A stretch of 64,000 nucleotides of DNA from Armatimonadota bacterium. Lineage in GTDB: Bacteria; Armatimonadota; Fimbriimonadia; Fimbriimonadales; GBS-DC. The DNA lies in NCBI GenBank assembly GCA_037444405.1, contig JBBIML010000008.1, positions 4,225 through 68,224 of the forward strand. Reading direction: 5' to 3'. The notes under the pieces are model-generated. The model had not been told where the DNA came from and did not search any database. It saw only the letters and a list, made by a program, of their open reading frames with translations. Each line of letters begins with the position of its first letter. Within the stretch, counting starts at the first letter, position 1. Positions 60,862 through 64,000 of the stretch are shown in pieces. A program made the translations under genes and the position numbers.

Positions 60862-62091
60862 CTAAAAGGCGAGCCGAATCGATTCGCTCCAGATGAGGCG
60901 GCGCAGGGCTTCGCGCACCTGCGTGGCGACCTCCTCTTTACTGCGTCCTGCTAACTGCGCGTCCGATTCGGTGATGCGCACCAGCTCCGTCCCGCGCGCC
61001 AGCACCGCCTGTCGATCAGGCGCGAGCTGAATCTCGTACAGCTCGATGCCGTCGTCCAGCAGCCGGTTCAATTTCTGTGCCAGCTGGGTCGCCCGCTCGC
61101 GCGAGCTGCCCAGTTGCGCGTCGTCGGCTGGCTCGAAGATGTCGATTTTTTCGTAGCGCACGCGATAGAGTCCGTTCGGCTGGTCGGGCTGAATGGGCAC
61201 AGCCAGCACGCGCAGGGCGGGGCTGACCTCGCGGCGGCGGATGGGGATGCCATACGCCTGCAACGCCTGGCGCAGTCGCTCCACACGCTCGCGCGACACC
61301 GGGTGCGTGCGGAAGATGCCCCAGTCGATTTGCGGGCGACGCCGTTCCTCCGATGCCAGCCGCTCCATGAACACCAGCAGCCCCACCGGGTTATAGGGCG
61401 AACGGCGCAGGTACTCTAACGCGGTCAGGTCGGCGTCGGTCTCCGCCTCCTGGCTGAACGCGCTCACCTTCGCGATCCGGTACAGCTGCGCGCCCAGCGC
61501 CACATTCATAAAATCGTCGGATGGCAGCCGTCCCAGAAGCCCCACCAGAATCGCGGGCAGCAGCACGCGCTGCTGAACCCTGTTGTCAGCGCGAATGAGC
61601 GCCATCACATGGCGATGGTCAGCGTGCGCAATCTCGTGCGCCATCACGCCCGCCAGCTCATCGTCGCTGGAGACCACCTCCAGCAGACCCCTGTTGATGA
61701 AGATGAACCCGCTCGGCACCGAGAAAGCGTTCACATCCTTCTCGTCGATGATACGGAAGGTGTACTCGAAGGGCGCCGGTCCTGGCTCGCCCCAGTGGGC
61801 TTCGGTGTGCGTCTGGCGGGCAATCGCTGCCAGCGTCTGCCCGATGCGGTTCACCCGCTCCACCAGCTCGGGATCCGTGACGAACCTGTATTGTTTTTCG
61901 ATTTCGGCGACAATCTTCTTGCCCAGTTCGATCTCCTCTCGGTCGCGCGTGGTCAGCTCTGGCTGGGCAGGCTCCGCATGCGTCTGCTGGCAGAACCCTC
62001 CCACCACCATGAGCAGCAGCGCGAAAAGGAGCAGGGGCGCGCTCAGCGCGCCCTTAGTTGCATGTGTCCATCGATTGGTTGTTCCCCGCAT
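60862..62091 (-). CDS. M48 family metallopeptidase, exported
   Basis: Signal-like N-terminus, VNAFSVPSG, ELAGVMAHEIAH, ETDAD, THP. Confidence 0.88.
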   Translation of the reverse strand: MRGTTNRWTHATKGALSAPLLLFALLLMVVGGFCQQTHAEPAQPELTTRDREEIELGKKIVAEIEKQYRFVTDPELVERVNRIGQTLAAIARQTHTEAHWGEPGPAPFEYTFRIIDEKDVNAFSVPSGFIFINRGLLEVVSSDDELAGVMAHEIAHADHRHVMALIRADNRVQQRVLLPAILVGLLGRLPSDDFMNVALGAQLYRIAKVSAFSQEAETDADLTALEYLRRSPYNPVGLLVFMERLASEERRRPQIDWGIFRTHPVSRERVERLRQALQAYGIPIRRREVSPALRVLAVPIQPDQPNGLYRVRYEKIDIFEPADDAQLGSSRERATQLAQKLNRLLDDGIELYEIQLAPDRQAVLARGTELVRITESDAQLAGRSKEEVATQVREALRRLIWSESIRLAF

Positions 62092-62191
62092 CGATATCTC
62101 CCACCTTTATTATACTCCATTCGGGGGCTGAACGGCTCGCCGAATCGCCTGATTTGCCCGCCTCGATGAAGGAATCGGCGCGAAGATGGGG

Positions 62192-62218
62192 TATAATAGA
62201 GGTGTTGAAACGCTTCAA
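62192..62218 (+). promoter_or_regulatory. -10 box plus a palindromic LacI-type operator candidate
   Basis: TATAAT 62192-62197; TTGAAACGCTTCAA 62205-62218. Confidence 0.55.
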
Positions 62219-62262
62219 AGACGGGGCGATTCAACATATCTCTGAAACGGAGGTGTTATGCG

Positions 62263-63438
62263 ATGAGGCTGAATCGATGGCTTCTGGGTTTGATACTGGG
62301 CGCGCTCTGGGTTAGCCCCGCGCCCGCGCAGGTCGTGTTCTCATTCGAGACCCCCGATCTGCATGGCTACGCCGACGACGCCGATCCGTCCGACTACTGC
62401 GATGCCGTCGGCTGGGAGAACTGCTGGCAAATCTTTCAGGCGACGCAGGGCGTCACCCACGGCAACTACTCGATGGGCGTGAAGTGGCCGGGTGGTTTCC
62501 GCTGGCTGATCAGCGGCAGCGTGCCCGATATGCTCGCGGCTCTTCGCACTGAACAGCGCCTGCTGGTGGACATCACTGTGCCCGCGGGTGTGTCTGTGCC
62601 GTGGGCAAACTTCATCGTGGCGTTCAACGATGGTGAGCTAGGCTGGCGCCAGACAAACTGCAATCAGGCGACGATCCCACGCAACCCCGGCAGCTACACC
62701 GTGATGATCGACACGCGCTCGCTGGCGCTGCCCTCTGGTGAATACAACGACTGGTTCCAGTTCAATTTGGGGCTGAACGCGGGTGGACACCATGAGATTT
62801 ATGTGGACAGCGTGCGCCTGTTTGACGATTCGCGCACGCAGGTGGCGTTCAGCTTCGACAGCGACACGCAGGGCTTCAGCTCCAGCGGTGCAAGCGTGAG
62901 CTGGGACAACGGCGCGATGCGGGTCGAATGGGGCGGCGGCTTCAACTGGATTACAGGCGGCTCCACCCCTGGTCTTGCGTCGCTGATCCGGCGCGGGCAC
63001 ATCCTGGTGATGGACATCACCGTGCCATCAGGCACTTCGGTGCCCTGGGCGAGCATGATTATCGCCTTTAATGACCCTGCAGGCTGGCGGCAGACCACCA
63101 ACCCGATCGAGCTGCCCGTGTGCGCAGGCAGTTTCAGCCTTGCAGTGGACTATCGGGAGCTGGCGCTACCCGACGCTGGCGTGGAGTGGTTCACTCTGAA
63201 CCTCGGCGTTAATGCTGGCGGGGCGCACACCATCCTCATCGATAATATCCGCGTGCTGGTGGAGCCGGTGCCTGGCGATGTGGACGGCAACGGCTGCGTG
63301 GATGACGCCGACCTGCTGGCGGTGCTGTTCGCGTTTGGCTGCAGCAGCGAGTGCGGCGCTGAGGATGTGAACGGCGACGGCGTGGTGGATGATGCCGATC
63401 TGCTGACTGTGCTGTTCAACTTCGGACGGGGTTGTTAA
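62263..63438 (+). CDS. Secreted protein: two tandem CBM-like beta-sandwich repeats plus a dockerin/EF-hand-like C-terminal domain
   Basis: Signal peptide ending APA-Q; repeat DITVP.G.SVPWA..I.AFND..GWRQT...NLG.NAGG.H.I.(V/I)D; twin motif GDVDGNGCVDDADLL / EDVNGDGVVDDADLL. Confidence 0.8.
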   Translation: MRLNRWLLGLILGALWVSPAPAQVVFSFETPDLHGYADDADPSDYCDAVGWENCWQIFQATQGVTHGNYSMGVKWPGGFRWLISGSVPDMLAALRTEQRLLVDITVPAGVSVPWANFIVAFNDGELGWRQTNCNQATIPRNPGSYTVMIDTRSLALPSGEYNDWFQFNLGLNAGGHHEIYVDSVRLFDDSRTQVAFSFDSDTQGFSSSGASVSWDNGAMRVEWGGGFNWITGGSTPGLASLIRRGHILVMDITVPSGTSVPWASMIIAFNDPAGWRQTTNPIELPVCAGSFSLAVDYRELALPDAGVEWFTLNLGVNAGGAHTILIDNIRVLVEPVPGDVDGNGCVDDADLLAVLFAFGCSSECGAEDVNGDGVVDDADLLTVLFNFGRGC

Positions 63439-63439
63439 G

Positions 63440-63479
63440 CCCCCCTCACCCCTACCCTCTCCCCCGCTGGGGGAGAGGG
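63440..63479 (+). repeat. Hairpin repeat copy directly after a stop codon
   Basis: cccccctcacccctaccctctcccccgctgggggagaggg. Confidence 0.9.
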
Positions 63480-63491
63480 TTTTGCTTTTTT
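63455..63491 (+). terminator. Possible intrinsic terminator formed by the repeat hairpin plus a T-tract
   Basis: CCCTCTCCCCC-gct-GGGGGAGAGGG followed by ttttgctttttt. Confidence 0.55.
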
Positions 63492-63522
63492 CGGGGTATC
63501 CTTTAACCGGAGGTGGTGTAGC

Positions 63523-64000
63523 GTGCAGGATACGGCGGTGCTGATTGTGGATGTGCAGAACGATTTTTGTCCGGGCGGTGCGCTGGCGGTGCCAGAGGGT
63601 GATCAGGTTGTGCCTGTGCTGAATCGGGTAGCGGCGCAGGTGGCGCAGTGGGGCGGCACGGTGGTCGCCTCGCGCGACTGGCATCCGCCTACCACGCGCC
63701 ATTTCGCCGCTTACGGCGGCAAGTGGCCCGTCCACTGCGTGCAGAACACGCCCGGCGCCCAGTTCCACCCCGACCTGAAACTACCGCAGGGCGCCGTTAT
63801 CATCAGCAAGGGCACCAGCGAGAACGACGACGGCTACTCCGCCTTCGAAGGGCGCGCCGAAGATGGGCGTAGCCTGCTGGAGATCCTGCGCGAGCGCGGC
63901 ATCAAACGCCTGATTGTGGGCGGGCTGGCAACCGATTACTGCGTGCGGGCGTCGGTGCTGGACGCGCTCAAAAACGGCTTCGAAGTGCTGGTGCTGACCG
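63523..64000 (+). CDS. pncA: Nicotinamidase/pyrazinamidase, runs off the window end (not in the supplied ORF track)
   Basis: GGAGG then GTG; LIVDVQNDFCPGGALAV, SRDWHP, WPVHCVQ, GYSAF, GLATDYCV. Confidence 0.93.
   Translation, partial: MQDTAVLIVDVQNDFCPGGALAVPEGDQVVPVLNRVAAQVAQWGGTVVASRDWHPPTTRHFAAYGGKWPVHCVQNTPGAQFHPDLKLPQGAVIISKGTSENDDGYSAFEGRAEDGRSLLEILRERGIKRLIVGGLATDYCVRASVLDALKNGFEVLVLT

Noticed and set aside
62198-62250. Known riboswitch (for example c-di-GMP-I) in the leader
   Set aside because: A stem is possible but the conserved riboswitch motifs are not matched; the operator reading is simpler.

Overview
64 kb of bacterial chromosome, mostly GC-rich. The lineage is probably Armatimonadota (Fimbriimonadia-like). 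This is an inference from the diderm marker lpxD, a Terrabacteria-type dcw cluster with DUF881 and sbp, and a secreted protein with a GDVDGNGCVDDADLL C-terminal domain. Layout: (1) 1-4.9 kb is an array of orphan Rhs cassettes, two with related JAB/DUF4329-like toxin tips and ~300-aa partner genes. (2) 5-14.4 kb holds a MacAB-like pair, pstSCA with a Pho box, a flavin oxidase, tRNA-Pro and pdxS-Uma2-pdxT. (3) 14.5-22.3 kb is an AT-richer polysaccharide locus. (4) 22.4-41 kb is the dcw cluster (mraZ to ftsZ) with a MurC-Ddl fusion and no murB. (5) 41-64 kb holds redox, LPS and housekeeping genes, an MNT-HEPN pair between 46-bp direct repeats at the start of a lone flhB, five tRNAs, tig-clpP-clpX, tgt and others. 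The most unusual signal is a ~42-bp hairpin repeat present 8 times, 5 of them in-frame inside murC, murD, murE (twice) and tgt. In murD it sits where a conserved ATP-site motif should be. Protein calls come from motif recognition by eye; no database searches were run.
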